A stretch of 63,631 bases of DNA, the filler included, from Collodictyon triciliatum (lineage: Eukaryota): NCBI GenBank assembly GCA_043381765.1. It is 19 parts of 19 records of this genome, joined end to end, with 100 filler letters (N's around TTAATTAATTAA, not from the genome) between each part and the next. Parts side by side here need not be neighbours in the genome. Positions count along the whole stretch, not along the records: positions 23,632 to 27,038 come from JBHJMP010007376.1; positions 27,139 to 30,544 come from JBHJMP010007377.1; positions 30,645 to 34,051 come from JBHJMP010007378.1; positions 34,152 to 37,557 come from JBHJMP010007379.1; positions 37,658 to 41,063 come from JBHJMP010007380.1; 14 more parts are not named here. The stretch is one strand, 5' to 3'. A program made the translations under genes and the position numbers. Of this stretch, positions 24,335-37,886 are shown piece by piece. The notes under the pieces are model-generated. The model saw nothing but the letters and a program-made list of their open reading frames with translations, had not been told where the DNA came from and did no database searches. The stretch's first letter is position 1, and each line of letters opens with the position of its first letter.

Positions 24335-26207
24335 ATGGCCGACCAGAATGCGCTTTTAGAAGAGGTCCGAGTAATCACCGCAGTCGACGATATCGCCTCT
24401 TTAAAAAGCTCCATGTATCTGTGGCTCGATAACAAAGGACTGACATCTGTTCCTCGCGGTGTCTTCTTGTTGACTGGTCTGAGAGTGTTGGGCCTTCGTT
24501 ACAATCAGCTGTCGTCTCTACCACCCGAAATGTCGTGTTTGACTGGTCTCACATTGCTTTATGTTGGCTACAATCAGCTGGTGTCACTGCCTCCAGAAAT
24601 ATCGTGTTTGACCGGTCTCGCTGGGCTTGATGTTCGCGACAACCCGGTATGTTTTATTCATGTTGAAAGAGAAAGGTTACTTACATCGATACAAGCAGAT
24701 GGAGGAGCTTCCAGTACAAGTCACATTGCTCAGGAATTTGAAGGAACTTATCATCGAGCATAGCGATACGCTAACCGTAAAGAGGGCACCGCGCGGCATC
24801 ACTAACCTTCCCTGCTGGAACCACGGCAAAAAGCCTCTCGGGTCAGGGATGAGACTGACAGTCTCCGACGCTCTCCGAAAGCTGCAGCTCTACGACCCCG
24901 TAAGCTTACATTCACGCAAAACCTCCACATGCGCACAACACAGGACACGACTGACAGAACTCCAGGTCGGGACCGCAGCAGAGGCCCGTAAGGCTGAAGA
25001 AGCTTGCAAAGCCGAAGAAGTCCACAAGGCAGCCGAATCATCGAGTAAATTAATAGACTCGCCTTTCTCTTACAACTGCCTGCTTTCACGCCAAGGATAT
25101 ATCTCATATCAATCCACCACAGCAGCGACCAGCCACCTGGCCCGTGGCAAATACGCCGACCTGCTGACCACAGACTTTGAGAAGCGGGAGAACTTCCTGG
25201 GCAAGGGCGGCTTCGGGGCGGCATACAAGGTGCAGCTGAAGGCAGGCCTTTTCGCTGTCAAGAAGATCCCTGACGCCATGGTCTCTTTGTCTCCGGACAG
25301 TGCAGACCCTGAGAAGGAGGGCAACATGATGCTCGAGCTGCAGCACCCAAACATCTTGACGCTCTACGACTTCGGATTCCGCGGCAGGGACCTGCTCTTG
25401 GTCATGGAGTTTGCAGACGGCGGAGACTTGTGCACACTCACCAAAAAGTACAAGGCACTAGGAAACGAAACTACCCTCAAGTACGGGCTGCACATCATCC
25501 AGGGCCTGGTCTACCTGCACACGCGGCCAAGGCCCATCCAGCACCGCGACCTCAAGACCGAGAACGTCCTGCTTGTGAACGGCGTCGCCAAGCTGACCGA
25601 CTTCGGCCTTGCAAAGAGCGGCACATCGGTCAACTCGGTGAGTAAGTTTGCCGGCTCGACAAACTGGTCGCCGCCCGAGGTCTTTGACGTCGGCAAGGGC
25701 GTTGGACTGCCTAGCGACGTCTACTCATACGGCGTCGTCCTCTGGTCCATGCTGAGCGGCGAGTATCCGTATGAGGGCATGACGGACGGCCAAGTCGGAG
25801 CCTGTGTAACCAGCGGCAAACTGCTTCCTCTTCCAACAACCTGTCTTTCTAACCTCGCAGAACTTATCCACAAGTGCTGGGAAAAGGACTACGACATTCG
25901 CATCACTGCTCAACAGGTCGAGGCTGAGCTCAAGGGCATCATCTCCAACCCGGTCGCTGTCCCGGCCACTCCAAGGGCTGGCCCCGTGAACACCCTCCTC
26001 AGGAACATGAACAATGCCGAACTCCTGTCCTATTTGGCCAGTAAGAATGCCAGCGAAGGTGTGATTGAGGCTTTTAGGAAGGTCAGAACCACTGGCGCAG
26101 AGATTTTTCTGCTGGAGAAGGATGACCTCCTGGAAGAACCCTTTAAGCTCCCAGCATTCCAGGCGCGCTTCGTGTTGAGACTCATCGAGGAGGCCAGCCG
26201 CACCTAA
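24335..26207 (+). CDS. LRR - protein kinase (TKL-like) - SAM-like domain protein
   Basis: ATG at 24335, LRR exon to 24646, GT-AG intron at 24647-24698. Kinase motifs GKGGFG, AVKK, HRDLKTEN, DFG and WSPPE are present. The C-terminal NMNNAELLSYL...FRKVRTTGAEIFLLEKDDL has a SAM-like pattern, ending in TAA at 26207. No signal peptide or TM segment was seen. Confidence 0.92.
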
Positions 26208-26370
26208 CCTCACTCCTGTCCTTCTGATTGATTTCGCAAGTTTTGAAGCGTTCGCTGAACCCTTGTTGATTCCTGTTCTTATTCCCGCACGCATCCCTAT
26301 CGCAACCCCAACTGAATATAGGAAAAACTAAAAGATTCTCTGCTTCGCTCTCGCCGTGCTGGTAGAAAAG

Positions 26371-27038
26371 TTTTTTTTTCCTTTATTCGATTCAAAGCGC
26401 AGCGAGGTTATGCCATACAAAGGGGCGAGATAGGTGCGCATGGTAAAGAGAAAACGTGAGTAGGAGAAGACACTACCGCGGAGAGGGTAGCACTGGAAAG
26501 AAATCAGTGATAGCGAGCTGGTCAGGTGGGCGTCCCAACTGGTTAGTTGGTTGTGTGGGTAGCAGGGGTTGGATGTGCTGCGGGAGATATCACGCACGAC
26601 ACATTCCCACATCTCTCTTCGCTTGCGGTCAGAGTAGCTAAGAATGCGGGCGTGTTTCAGCAGGTTGTTCAGGAAGCTGTATTGCACGAGGCTCTCAAGC
26701 ATGGATACATTGATTTCTCGTTCGGCTGAATCATTGGAGCGAGAGAATGCATGCACACTCCATAAGGGCCACAGCATATGTCCCCTTGTGACTGTCCAGA
26801 GTATTCTAGAGTCGTGGGTCATTTGGTTTTGTACGCCAAACAGGATGTCAGACGCGCTGAGACGGCTGGGAGCATAATCAAGCTCAGAGAGCATCTTGTG
26901 GGTCGATTCTGTTACTTTTTGAGCAAGAGAGCACTTCATAAACCTGTGTTCGATAGAGTCATCTCCACTATGGCACATGGTGCATTCTGGAGAGGTCGTT
27001 GCTGCATGGACTACGCGCGCACCTATCCACAGCTCTCT
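26371..27038 (-). mobile_element. 3' end of an L1/Tx1-type non-LTR retrotransposon (zf-RVT C-terminus, 3' tail, poly(A))
   Basis: The open frame contains CTMCHSGDDSIEHRFMKC (CCHC zinc knuckle) and MLWPLWSVH, and the element terminates TTTGAATCGAATAAAGG(A)9. Confidence 0.88.
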
Positions 27039-27294
27039 NNNNNNNNNNNNNNNNNNNNNNNNNNNNNNNNNNNNNNNNNNNNTTAATTAATTAANNNNNN
27101 NNNNNNNNNNNNNNNNNNNNNNNNNNNNNNNNNNNNNNAAAATAAAAAACATAAAAAACATAAAAAACATAAAAAACATAAAAAACATAAAAAACATAAA
27201 AAACATAAAAAACATAAAAAACATAAAAAACATAAAAAAACACCACAAACATAAAAAACAAAAAACACACCACAGAAACGAGCCTCCCCAGACG

Positions 27295-28400
27295 ATGCAC
27301 CCACACACAACATATCAGCCGATTCCGCCACCCGCTGCTGCGTTTGCCGCCCCATTCACCGTGCAAGTCATCCGTCCGGGCTCTTCAAAGGGCCTCCGAA
27401 TCACCTCCGCAACTCGCAAAGCCACCCTGCACGAAACAACCACCTTTCCATATCCCATATCCACCACCCAAACCCCAAACACTCCACCGACGCGCCTGCC
27501 TTCCGTCTCTCCGATTGCAATCCCATATCAGTCTCCATCTCCCTCAACACAAATCCTTACACAAACACAAATACAAACACAAACATTCACTCACAATCCA
27601 CCTCAAACACAAAATAAACATCAACCTATCCCCACCACACCAACTCCACAAAACCATCCCACTCATCCGCGCGTATTCTACGCTCAAACATCGCCTGTCT
27701 TTGTGAGCCAAACTCCTCGCTTTTACGAGGCGTACAGACTTATCACATCAGTGATGAGTCATACCAGCGAATACACGCCCATGCAAAGCGCTCGTGTGAT
27801 ACCATCGCAGCCGAATACTCCTTCGCAGTCGCTCGCCCGCCAAGACTTCAGTCACTCAACTCCGTCGAGTCCCGTTGCCAATCGTGTGCTGAAGGATTCG
27901 CCCGGGTCTGACTCCATCACTGGGCCCGCAAAAGGTAACTTTACTCGCTTAATGTGACGGAAAACACATCTAAATGGAAAACACCACAGCTCGATGGTGC
28001 AAAATGAAAAGATTTTTATGATTGATTGATTGATTGATTGATTTGTCCTGATTGCGTTGCGGTTCACACGATTGCAGACATCATTGGCCATGAAGCTGAC
28101 CAGTCGTACACCTTATTGGAAAGTCGCGATTCGTACTCATCCATGTCGCCTCAGAGGCTGCAAAGGCTAGAAGAATTGAAAAAGAGGAAAGCACGCCAGT
28201 CTCAGGAGATGACGCAGCGCTCAAAGGAGATTGCAGACTTGCTCAAGCAATCGGAGCAGCTCCGCGCACGGGTTTTGCTTCGCAATTCGCAGGACTTGGA
28301 AAAGATATCCAACCAGTTGACGTCGTGCTCAAAAGCGCATTCCCCGACGCACTTGCAAAAGCCTGCTTCGCTCTCGGCAATCACGGATATACGGAAATAG
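27295..28400 (+). CDS. Hypothetical Pro/Thr/Gln-rich protein with a C-terminal coiled coil (2 visible exons)
   Basis: A 220-codon low-complexity ORF has a GT donor near 27935 and a CAG acceptor near 28077, followed by a coiled-coil-like exon ending in TAG at 28400. Confidence 0.45.
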
Positions 28401-29287
28401 AAAAGCCTGGTGGTTGAGAATAGAAGCGCAGGAGACTTTGTGCAAATAGGAGGTATTTTTTCCTATATTCTTCACTCTTTAACATTTAGACATACATTTA
28501 TCAACTTATCCTTTTAGATAATGTAGATTCATTTTGATACGTCGATTTTATGGTCATAAAAGAAAAGGAAAGGAAAGGAAAGGAAATGAGATATTTGCGC
28601 TGATGATTACATATGATTTAAATGATACTTCCTTGGATGCAGATTCAAGAACAGTGGATTAGGGATTCTTGCAATCCAGCCCTTCTCTCTTTTTATCCTT
28701 CTCTTTTCTATTTTTTCGTGATAGAAGCCGCCACTATCTTGTGCGTCTGCATGGCTTCGATTCGTATTGAGAAAAAAAAAACAAGAGCGAAAGAAATAAA
28801 GTCTCGGCTCCGCTCTTTCATCACAAAGCTTACAGGCGATGACAGCATCTTTCACAGGAGGAAAAAAAAAAAAAGAAGGAAAGAAGAAAGAAAAAGACGA
28901 AAAGCTACTGTTTTTTGGATTCCGCATGCTACTCATTCACACGATATATGGACGGCGAAACTTTGCCAAAAACATACTATATAGCCAAATAATGCAAGGC
29001 TGAATGAGAATGAGACGAACTTAAGTATCTCAAGATACAGAACGAATAAAAATAAAATAAAAAAGACTACCAAACATATATTCTTATTCTCACTCAATAA
29101 AAAAAAATTACGCAAATGACAATCCTACTTGCCTTGCTTTTTTCCGCGCTTCGTTGTTTCGTTTGATGCCTGTGTGTTCAACCGGACACAACGCAGAAGA
29201 TAATGAAAGGGTGCTGCGATTTGTTTAGCGGAAGGGAAAACAAAAACAAAAACAAAAACAAAAATAAAAAAAGCAGGACGAGTTGTC

Positions 29288-30392
29288 ATGTCCACACCGC
29301 AAAGTGGGACTGCAGAAAGGAAGAAAAGGTCGAGGAAGCGGCGCTCGGTCGAGTCGGCTTTCAGCAAGTATTTGGAGCCGGAGACAAGGGAAACAGTACG
29401 CACTGATCTAAACCATTCCTTCTCTTGACGAGCCTGGCACGTTCAGCTCTTTCTCTTTTGCTTTCCCTTTCATTCCTATTTTAACTTGACTGCTCTTTCA
29501 TTCCTTTATTTTTTATTTCCTCTTTCTTTATATGTATCTCCACACTCACTGTGTTATCTCGCACTTTTTCTTTTTGTGTTTCATTTTGGATGGGTTTGTT
29601 TTTATCAGCGCAAGATATAATATATGTAAAGGCTTTTATGATGTTGTTGTTTGGGTGAACGAATCTCCTACTATCGAAACAGCTATCAAAAGAGGATCAC
29701 TTGCGTGACGAAATCGAGGTTGCCCTGAAGCAGCTGAGTCTGAAGGGAGACCAAATCCTAGAGATTCAGGATCGACTGATTGAGGAGGATGTAGGAGAGA
29801 AGGAGTTCTTTGACTTGGTATGTTATCTTAATCGGTATCGTCATGTGTTTTTCTTTTTATATCGCAATGCTTAATTGTCCAACTTCTGTGGCAATAACTG
29901 AAAAACAACTGATTTCTTCCTTTATTTCTTCGGCCTTTTATTTAAAATTATCTCTACTCTATGTGCTCTTCACTTTCCTATTTAGATACCAGAACTGTCT
30001 GCGGGACATTACAGCGAAGTGATTGATGAGAGAGCAGATAGAGACAAATGTGCTTTCCCAACATGCAAAAGCAAGCTCGTATGTATTCGATATGTAAATA
30101 GAGGAAATCTCATCGCTTTTAGAGAAACATTTTTTCTATTCTTTCATACAATTTATGCAGTATGTGAGGTTTATGTGATTTCTTATTTACATATAATAAA
30201 ATAAATACTCATCCGCTGTGCGTTTCTGTAGAATCCAAAAATGCCCTTGAAGATTTCTACGGCACAGGAAATTGCTGTGGGAAGCAGGAACCACAAATCT
30301 TTTCGAAAGTATTGCTCATTTGAGTGCCTCAGAAAATCCACCGAAATATTGAGCATTGCAGAAAGAAATCCAAAAAATCTGATGAATGTCCG
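29288..30392 (+). CDS. RPAP2: RNA polymerase II CTD phosphatase Rtr1/RPAP2 family, 5' part
   Basis: Exons read MSTPQSGTAERKKRSRKRR..., HYSEVIDERADRDKCAFPTCKSKL and RKYCSFECLRKS, matching the Rtr1 zinc-finger pattern ER..C.(Y/F)P.C ... (F/Y)CS..C...S. Confidence 0.75.
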
Positions 30393-30425
30393 GTAAGATA
30401 TGAATCTGTGATAAAATGAAAGCAA

Positions 30426-30544
<119 letters not shown>

Positions 30545-30840
30545 NNNNNNNNNNNNNNNNNNNNNNNNNNNNNNNNNNNNNNNNNNNNTTAATTAATTAA
30601 NNNNNNNNNNNNNNNNNNNNNNNNNNNNNNNNNNNNNNNNNNNNAGGAAAGGAAAGGAAAGGAAAGGAAAGGAAAGGAAAGGAAAGGAAAGGAAAGGAAA
30701 GGAAAGGAAAGGAAAGGAAAGGAAAGGAAAGGAAAGGAAAGGAAAGGAAAGGAAAGGGAAGGAAAGGAAAGGAAAGGAAAGGAAAGGGAAGGAAAGGAAA
30801 GGAAAGGAAATGAAGATGAAAGAGCAAATCGTTTCCTGAC

Positions 30841-33800
30841 AGTTTTCCCTAGATCGATTTGCCCAGTCGTAGGCTTAAGTTCTTCTGCAACCAGCTTGAA
30901 TAGGGTTGTCTTTCCAGAACCATTGGGACCGATAATCCCCAAAATAGCACCTCGTGGCAATTTAAAGCTAAGGTTTTCCATCAGCAGACGGTCATCCAAC
31001 GCATACGAAACATTCATAAAGTCTATGACTTGGTCGCCTATTCGATGTGATAAATAATGTCTGATGTTTTTTCTTCAGAGTAAAAAATTTTTATTATCAT
31101 TTGCCTTTTTATACTGCTGACCATATTTGCAACTGAATAAAGAACAATACAAAAGAATAAATCGCTGTTTTCTTATCTCCTTCATCGAGATGATAAATCT
31201 ACAACATACCAAGACGAGGGCCGGGCGGAATTACTATTTGGTTCATAGAGTAGTTGGTTGTTTTGCTTCTTTCCACAAGTTCTTCGTATCGGTCGAGACG
31301 AGCCTGCATTACATTCATTTTTATTATTATTTTTTGACAAACAAACAAATCAAGATCACATTCGAGAGTTGTTCAATGGCTTTTCTCACAAAGGGGGGTT
31401 TGACTGTGGCTAGAAAATTACCCCCCTGCATTCTATGGTGATAGAGAAAAGGTATAAAAGAAAAATAAAATAAAACGAAATACTCGTCTACTGAACCTTA
31501 TTCTTCTTTCTACGAGCACCAGGTGTTTGTCGAATCCACTCTAATTCGCGCTCGAGGACCTATATTAACAGACGGTTGGTGATAATCTCCCGAATTGAGG
31601 GCAGTAAGATACTTAAGAAAGGGGCCATAAAAGACAGAAAAGAGGCATATATTCAGTATTGCAAAATTATCACCTTCGACATTGATGTCTCTTGCTTCTT
31701 CTCTAATTCGAGGCGTTCCTTCTTTTTTTCGAGCCAAAGAGAATAGCTTCCCTTGAATGGTAAAAGGTTTCCTAGGAGAGAAACAATGTCCGTAATCAAG
31801 TAAAAACAAAAATATGTCTTCAGATAGTCATCAAATATTATATCTACGCTCGATTTTTCTATTAGTGAATATTTGAAGAGATTATGTTACCACGGTCTAT
31901 TTCAAGAATCCATTGAACAACATTATCCAAAAAATAGCGGTCGTGTGTAACAAGCTTTAGAATTGGAAGAAAGAAAATTTAAATAACGCATACACAAACA
32001 GCTCTAAAATCGAGAAACTGCCACATCAAAGTCTTACTAGTATGCAGCGAAAGATTCATTATCAGTGATACGGATAGAAAGAAAATGGCAAACCAAAAGA
32101 GTTCCTTTGTATTCTTGGAGGAATCTTTCCAGCCATTGTACCTGAGTACATAATTATTATAATAATTGGGGGGAAATCGCAGCTGTTGGCACTATACGTG
32201 TATTTCTAATCAGAAAGACTTCAAAATCGAACCGATTCGGCATCCAAGTGATTTGTCGGTTCATCCAACACAAGGATATCAGGTTGCTCTAAAAGAAGTC
32301 GGCACAGAGCCACACGACGTTTCTCGCCCTATGTTTGGCAGGTGGGCATGCATGTTGCAATTAAGACACAGCCATACTGTATACTTTTTGAAAATCAACA
32401 AGGCAAAAGACCACATTCATATCATTTTCCAAAAAAAAAAAGAAAAATCAACAAGTGAGCAGATTTCAATTGGATGTTTTAAGAAAAAAGAGAAACAAGA
32501 TGACGACGAAAAAGAAGAAAAAGAGAAGCGGCGCGGGCACGATAGAAGTTCAACAAGATGGTGCAGAATGTACTTTTTCTTTCAAGGGATGTCAACAAGT
32601 AAACCAAACCCCAGAGAGATTGACCACAGATGAGTTTCCTGGGGGACAGCGCAATGCTTCCATCGCAATCTCGATGTCGCGTTGCAGATTCCAGCAGTCT
32701 AGCTCATCAATTCTCCCCTAATCAAAAAATTTAGATAAAAAGCTTAAGCATTCGAAACCATAGAATAACTGCTTGTTCGTTATGATTCTTTTAACACCAA
32801 AAAAAAAAAAAGAGGAGCAAATAAGTTTGTATTATACGTAGAGAAACCTGAATTTCCCCTTGTTCCTCAACCAGCGAATCAAAATCAGCGCCTTCTTCAC
32901 CGAGTTTATTTGATATCTGTAATTGGTTATATGTATCAACGTTACTTTTTTTCCCCTCCTAGCATAAAAGAATAAAGACGATAACATTTTAAAGGGCATA
33001 GGGCAAGAATGAGCTATTTATGGTAATTATGTTAGTACTTCCTCGAAACGGTCAAGGAGTTCTTTCTTTTCCTTCAATCCATCCATAACATTGGAGAACA
33101 CATCCTTTCTATAGCCCAGATAATTCGCTCAGTGGTTATTTTTGAATATTAGTTTTTTCATAGGATAAGAGATTAAAATTCTATTTTGAGGTTTTCATTT
33201 CTGTTCACCCAGAAAGAAAGAAAAAAAAAGAAAAGAAAGGGCTTAAACAGAAGATAGTGCATGGCCTAGGGTGCTTTCCTTACGCAGGGTCAAGGTAGGG
33301 CTCTTGAGGCAAATATCCGACTGTTCTTCCGGGAGCTGAGAAGGCTTCTCCTGTGTACTCTTTGTCCAGTCCAGCTATGATTTTCATCAGAGTCGACTTT
33401 CCAGATCCTAATCGTATGATCCATGAATACCACAGGCACATTTGAAAGTATTTCGTTGCAACACAAAAGATTGTCTCAGCGGTAAAAAATCTGTCTTTGC
33501 TTAGTTTCTACCGTTGTTGCCGATGACTCCGATCTTGGCGCTGTATATTATTAAACGCATTCAAAAGTGGTTGGATTTTCTTTTATAAAAAAAGATAGAG
33601 AGGCTTCATTTAACATTTTACAAACCCGTGGTAAAAAGACAGGGAAATCTCCTTGAAGATGACACGCTTGTTGTCGACAATCTACAGAGCAAACTAAAAT
33701 AACTACACACTGTATGATGAAAAGAAGGTAGTGGAGAATAAGGAGATGCCCAGAATCTACCTTCGTCACATCTTTCAGGACATACGCATAGGTGCCTGAA

Positions 33801-33858
33801 TTCACTGCCGGTCCCTGCGGTGGTGTGTTTTTGTTCTTCTTTGCATTGACGGCAGTGC
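30841..33858 (-). CDS. ettA: ABC-F ATPase, EttA/ChvD type, many short introns (partial at both ends)
   Basis: Spliced translation gives [114 protein letters not shown] and [25 protein letters not shown]. Confidence 0.9.
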
Positions 33859-33951
33859 CTGATGAAACCAAGAATTATTGTTGCCTTTATTCCAATGATC
33901 CTTCCAGACAAAAAGAATATCAAAATATTCTTGATTTTTATGTTTCCATCA

Positions 33952-34051
<100 letters not shown>

Positions 34052-34151
34052 NNNNNNNNNNNNNNNNNNNNNNNNNNNNNNNNNNNNNNNNNNNNTTAAT
34101 TAATTAANNNNNNNNNNNNNNNNNNNNNNNNNNNNNNNNNNNNNNNNNNNN

Positions 34152-37100
34152 AAGGCGGTTCTTGTGCAACCAGTTTATGAAGATGCGGTTTTGAATGCAA
34201 ACGGATTCGGGGTGATAGGAATCGCCGAAAAGAAATCTTTCCCAGCACCAAATCCTCCACCAGATATGCAGTATGACAGAGGCTCCTCCAAAGATATAAC
34301 TCCACTTGCTGCTGGACTCGGAGCCGCTGCCGGCGTTGCTGTGATTATCACAATTCTCTTGGGGGTTCGTTACCACAAGAAAAACCAGGACATGGCCAAG
34401 AAAGAAAAGCAACTACTCATGCTGATTAAGATCGAGGATTTAGACTTTGGTAAGCTCCTGGGTAAAGGTGGATTTGGGGAGGTAGCATTTTGTCAAAAGA
34501 TTTATATTACCAGCTGACATGCTATTACTATACAAAGACAACGATTAGTACTATATTGTTTTTCATTATAGGCTTTCTTATATTTAAAAGGTTTTTGCGG
34601 GAAAGTGGAGGGGAGCGGATGTTGCCATCAAAAAAATCATCGCAGCTAATTTGACCAAGGAGGTTCTCAAGGAATTTGAGTCCGAAGTCGGGATTATGAT
34701 GTAAGAGAATGAATTAGCAAGACAGAAGTCCCATGATGACGCTGGCATATTTGAACACTCAAACTCGTTCAAAAGAATGTTAGAGTGGTCCAAATAAGTT
34801 CATGCAGTCTTTGGACGAATGAGTATTTGATTTTTCACTTCTTTTGGCTGTGTTAATCCGTTTTCTCCTGAGCAAGATTTGTGAAGGCAGCCAACGGTTT
34901 TTAATGGTATTTTCTCTAACTGTGGGATTGCATTATTAATCATGCAATAAAAAAAGGGAACTGAGGCACCCGAACATAGTCTTATACATGGCTGCATGTA
35001 TCAATCCGAAGAGTTTGTGCATCGTCTCAGAGCTCATGATGCGGGGGAGTTTATACAACGTAAGAAAACCGTTATCATACCATTTCGGGACTGATTCACT
35101 GAATTGTACTCTTCTCTCATTTCAACCCAAAATTGCAGGTGCTTCACGACAACTTAATTGAGATGGAGCTACCTATGAAGATATCAGTACTTGCCGATGC
35201 GGCCAAAGGTTTGTTCCTCTACATAAGTTGAGATAAGCGTTGCTGAATGCCTGTGACAATTTTTTCTGAGTTTTTCGATTATATCCTCGAAAGTTGGCGA
35301 CATTCCTGTACTGAGAGCACAAAGACTTACACAAACAAAACCCTTAAGGGCTTCAGTACTTGCATTCATCCAACCCTCCCATTTTGCACAGAGACCTTAA
35401 AAGTCCCAATCTTCTGGTAATATTCCGAAAATGATAAAATTTTAAATAGAATCTCCACTACTCTATCAACTGTTATATTTTATCGTTACACATATCTAAT
35501 TTCACAATTCTTTTCCATAATCCCCGCTCGAAAAATAATGAAACTGGTCAGTTGGACGAGAAGTGGAACTGCAAAATCAGGTAAAAGAAAAGAAAAATTA
35601 GGTTTACAAAAGATTTCAAGAAATAAATGTGTAAAATAGATGTGAAAGTGTATGAAATCTAATCGGTAATATCATATTTTAGTGACTTTGGGTTGACAGG
35701 AATCCATAAATCAAGAGGCGAAAACGAATTGCCTCCAGGAACTTTGTTTTGGATGGCCCCAGAAGTGATTCAAGGATTAGATTATAAAGATGCAGCTGAT
35801 ATTTACAGCTTCGCGATTATTATGTGGGAAACGTTCACCAGACTTGAGCCATATGAGGTATCGATGTAGCAAAATAAGATACATAATTTTTTCCCGAGAT
35901 TAAAGTAAATGTTTCTTGGTTGGTATATTCACTCCATCATCATACATGCAGGGCGAGATTGCTGAATCGGTGGCTTTTCGAGTTTTAAACCAAGGTTATC
36001 GGCCAAATCTGCCATCTTCGGACATTATGCCGGCAGACTTGAAGAGTTTGATGCAGGAGTGCTGGAGCCAAGACCAAAATTCACGATTGAATATTTCGAA
36101 AATATCACAAGAACTGACAAGACAATACCTGGAAAAAGGTTCGTCAGGTTCGGTTTCCTTTGGCTCTTCGATGACAAAGACAAGCAGCCAGACAAAAAAG
36201 GAAAATGCACCTTCTGGAAAGCTTGCACTCGTCTTTACTGACGTCCAAGGCTCAACAAGCTTGTGGGAGCACTTCCCGGATGAAATGAGTCATGCCCTAT
36301 CTATGCATAATGATATAATTAGAGGGGTGTTGATAAGAAATAAGGTTTTTAGCAGGAATCACATTCTTATGTAGCTTTACATATTTGTATAATTTTCTTT
36401 TCGAACATTCCAAAGTCCAAAAACAAATAAATATACACCTTGTGCGAAATTAGGGATATGAAGTCAAGACGGAGGGTGATGCTTTTATGGCAACTTTTAC
36501 AAGTGTCAAAAGTGCATTAATTTTTGCTCTACAATCCCAAGAGATGCTGATGTCGGCTGATTGGCCCGAGCGAATCTTATCACACAAGTCAGCAAGCCAA
36601 ATTGTTGTTGACGGGATTGAGATATTTAAAGGACTTCGTGTTAGAATGGTTGGTATACAAATAAAAATTGGAAAAGAAATACCGACACAATCCGATTGAG
36701 AAATCTTCAAAGACCAATTCAGATCAAATATATAAATTCTGAGAGCTATCCATATCAAAGGGTATCCACTTCGGCGAGCCCATTTGCAAGCAAGACCCTG
36801 TGACTGGTCGAATGGACTACTTTGGCCAAGTAGTGAACAAAGCAGCTCGGGTGGGTGGATATCCACAAGGTGGTCAAATCGGCCTGAGTGAATCTGCTTA
36901 CGAGGTAACTTTATGCACTTTACCTATTTATGTCCCTATCTTTTCTTTTGTTGGTCAGAAATGAAAGTCGAGATTCAAGGTTATGGAGACATTCTACTTA
37001 TTACCATGAGCTGGATATTATGAATGACATGTGTAATTGATATGCCTCTATTCGGCCCTCCATATGATAAAAAAATGATGGCCACATCAATTTGTTCATT

Positions 37101-37449
37101 TTTTTTTAAAAAAAACTGACAATCGTATGGCATCGGCATGCAGGAAGTCAGAGATGAGTTAGATTCCATCGGTAGCCCGGTTGTGCGAGACTTGGGAGAG
37201 AAGGAGCTGAAAGGCATATCAGCAACCACTCGAATATACGAGGTAGCCGTTTGGTTTCGTCAAAGTCTCCATGTCTCTGATTGAATGCGTTTGAGAAGCT
37301 TGATACTTTTTCACGAATCTTAATAGCTAAAATATTTGATTAAGATTACGCCTGTCACGCTCTCGCAAAGGTCCAAGTTTTTCATGCAGAAGGATATGGA
37401 TGAGTATAATGGTGACTCTGCCGATTACTCTACAAGCACCACAACAAAG
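34152..37449 (+). CDS. Single-pass receptor TKL kinase fused to a class III (adenylyl-type) cyclase, partial
   Basis: A TM segment (AAGVAVIITILLGV-RYHKK) precedes kinase motifs GKGGFGEV, VAIKK, HRDLKSPN, DFG and WMAPE. Cyclase motifs follow: ALVFTDVQGST, YEVKTEGDAF, GLRVRMGIH and RMDYFGQVVNKAARV. Confidence 0.93.
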
Positions 37450-37886
37450 GTTTTTTTTGTATTGGCACAAAAAGAAAAAGAAAAAGAAAAAGAAAAAGAA
37501 AAAGAAAAAGAAAAAGAAAAAGAAAAAGAAAAAGAAAAAGAAAAAGAAAAAAAGAAANNNNNNNNNNNNNNNNNNNNNNNNNNNNNNNNNNNNNNNNNNN
37601 NTTAATTAATTAANNNNNNNNNNNNNNNNNNNNNNNNNNNNNNNNNNNNNNNNNNNNCAACAAAATAACAACAAAATAACAACAAAATAACAACAAAATA
37701 ACAACAAAATAACAACAAAATAACAACAAAATAACAACAAAATAACAACAAAATAAAAAAACAACAAAAAAAAAACAACAAAAAACAACAAAAAAACAAC
37801 ACCACAAAAACAACAAAAACTTCAAGATCCCGACAGGAGTTGCATGACATCATTTCAGTTGACTTAACAGCTTCGATCGAAGGTGT

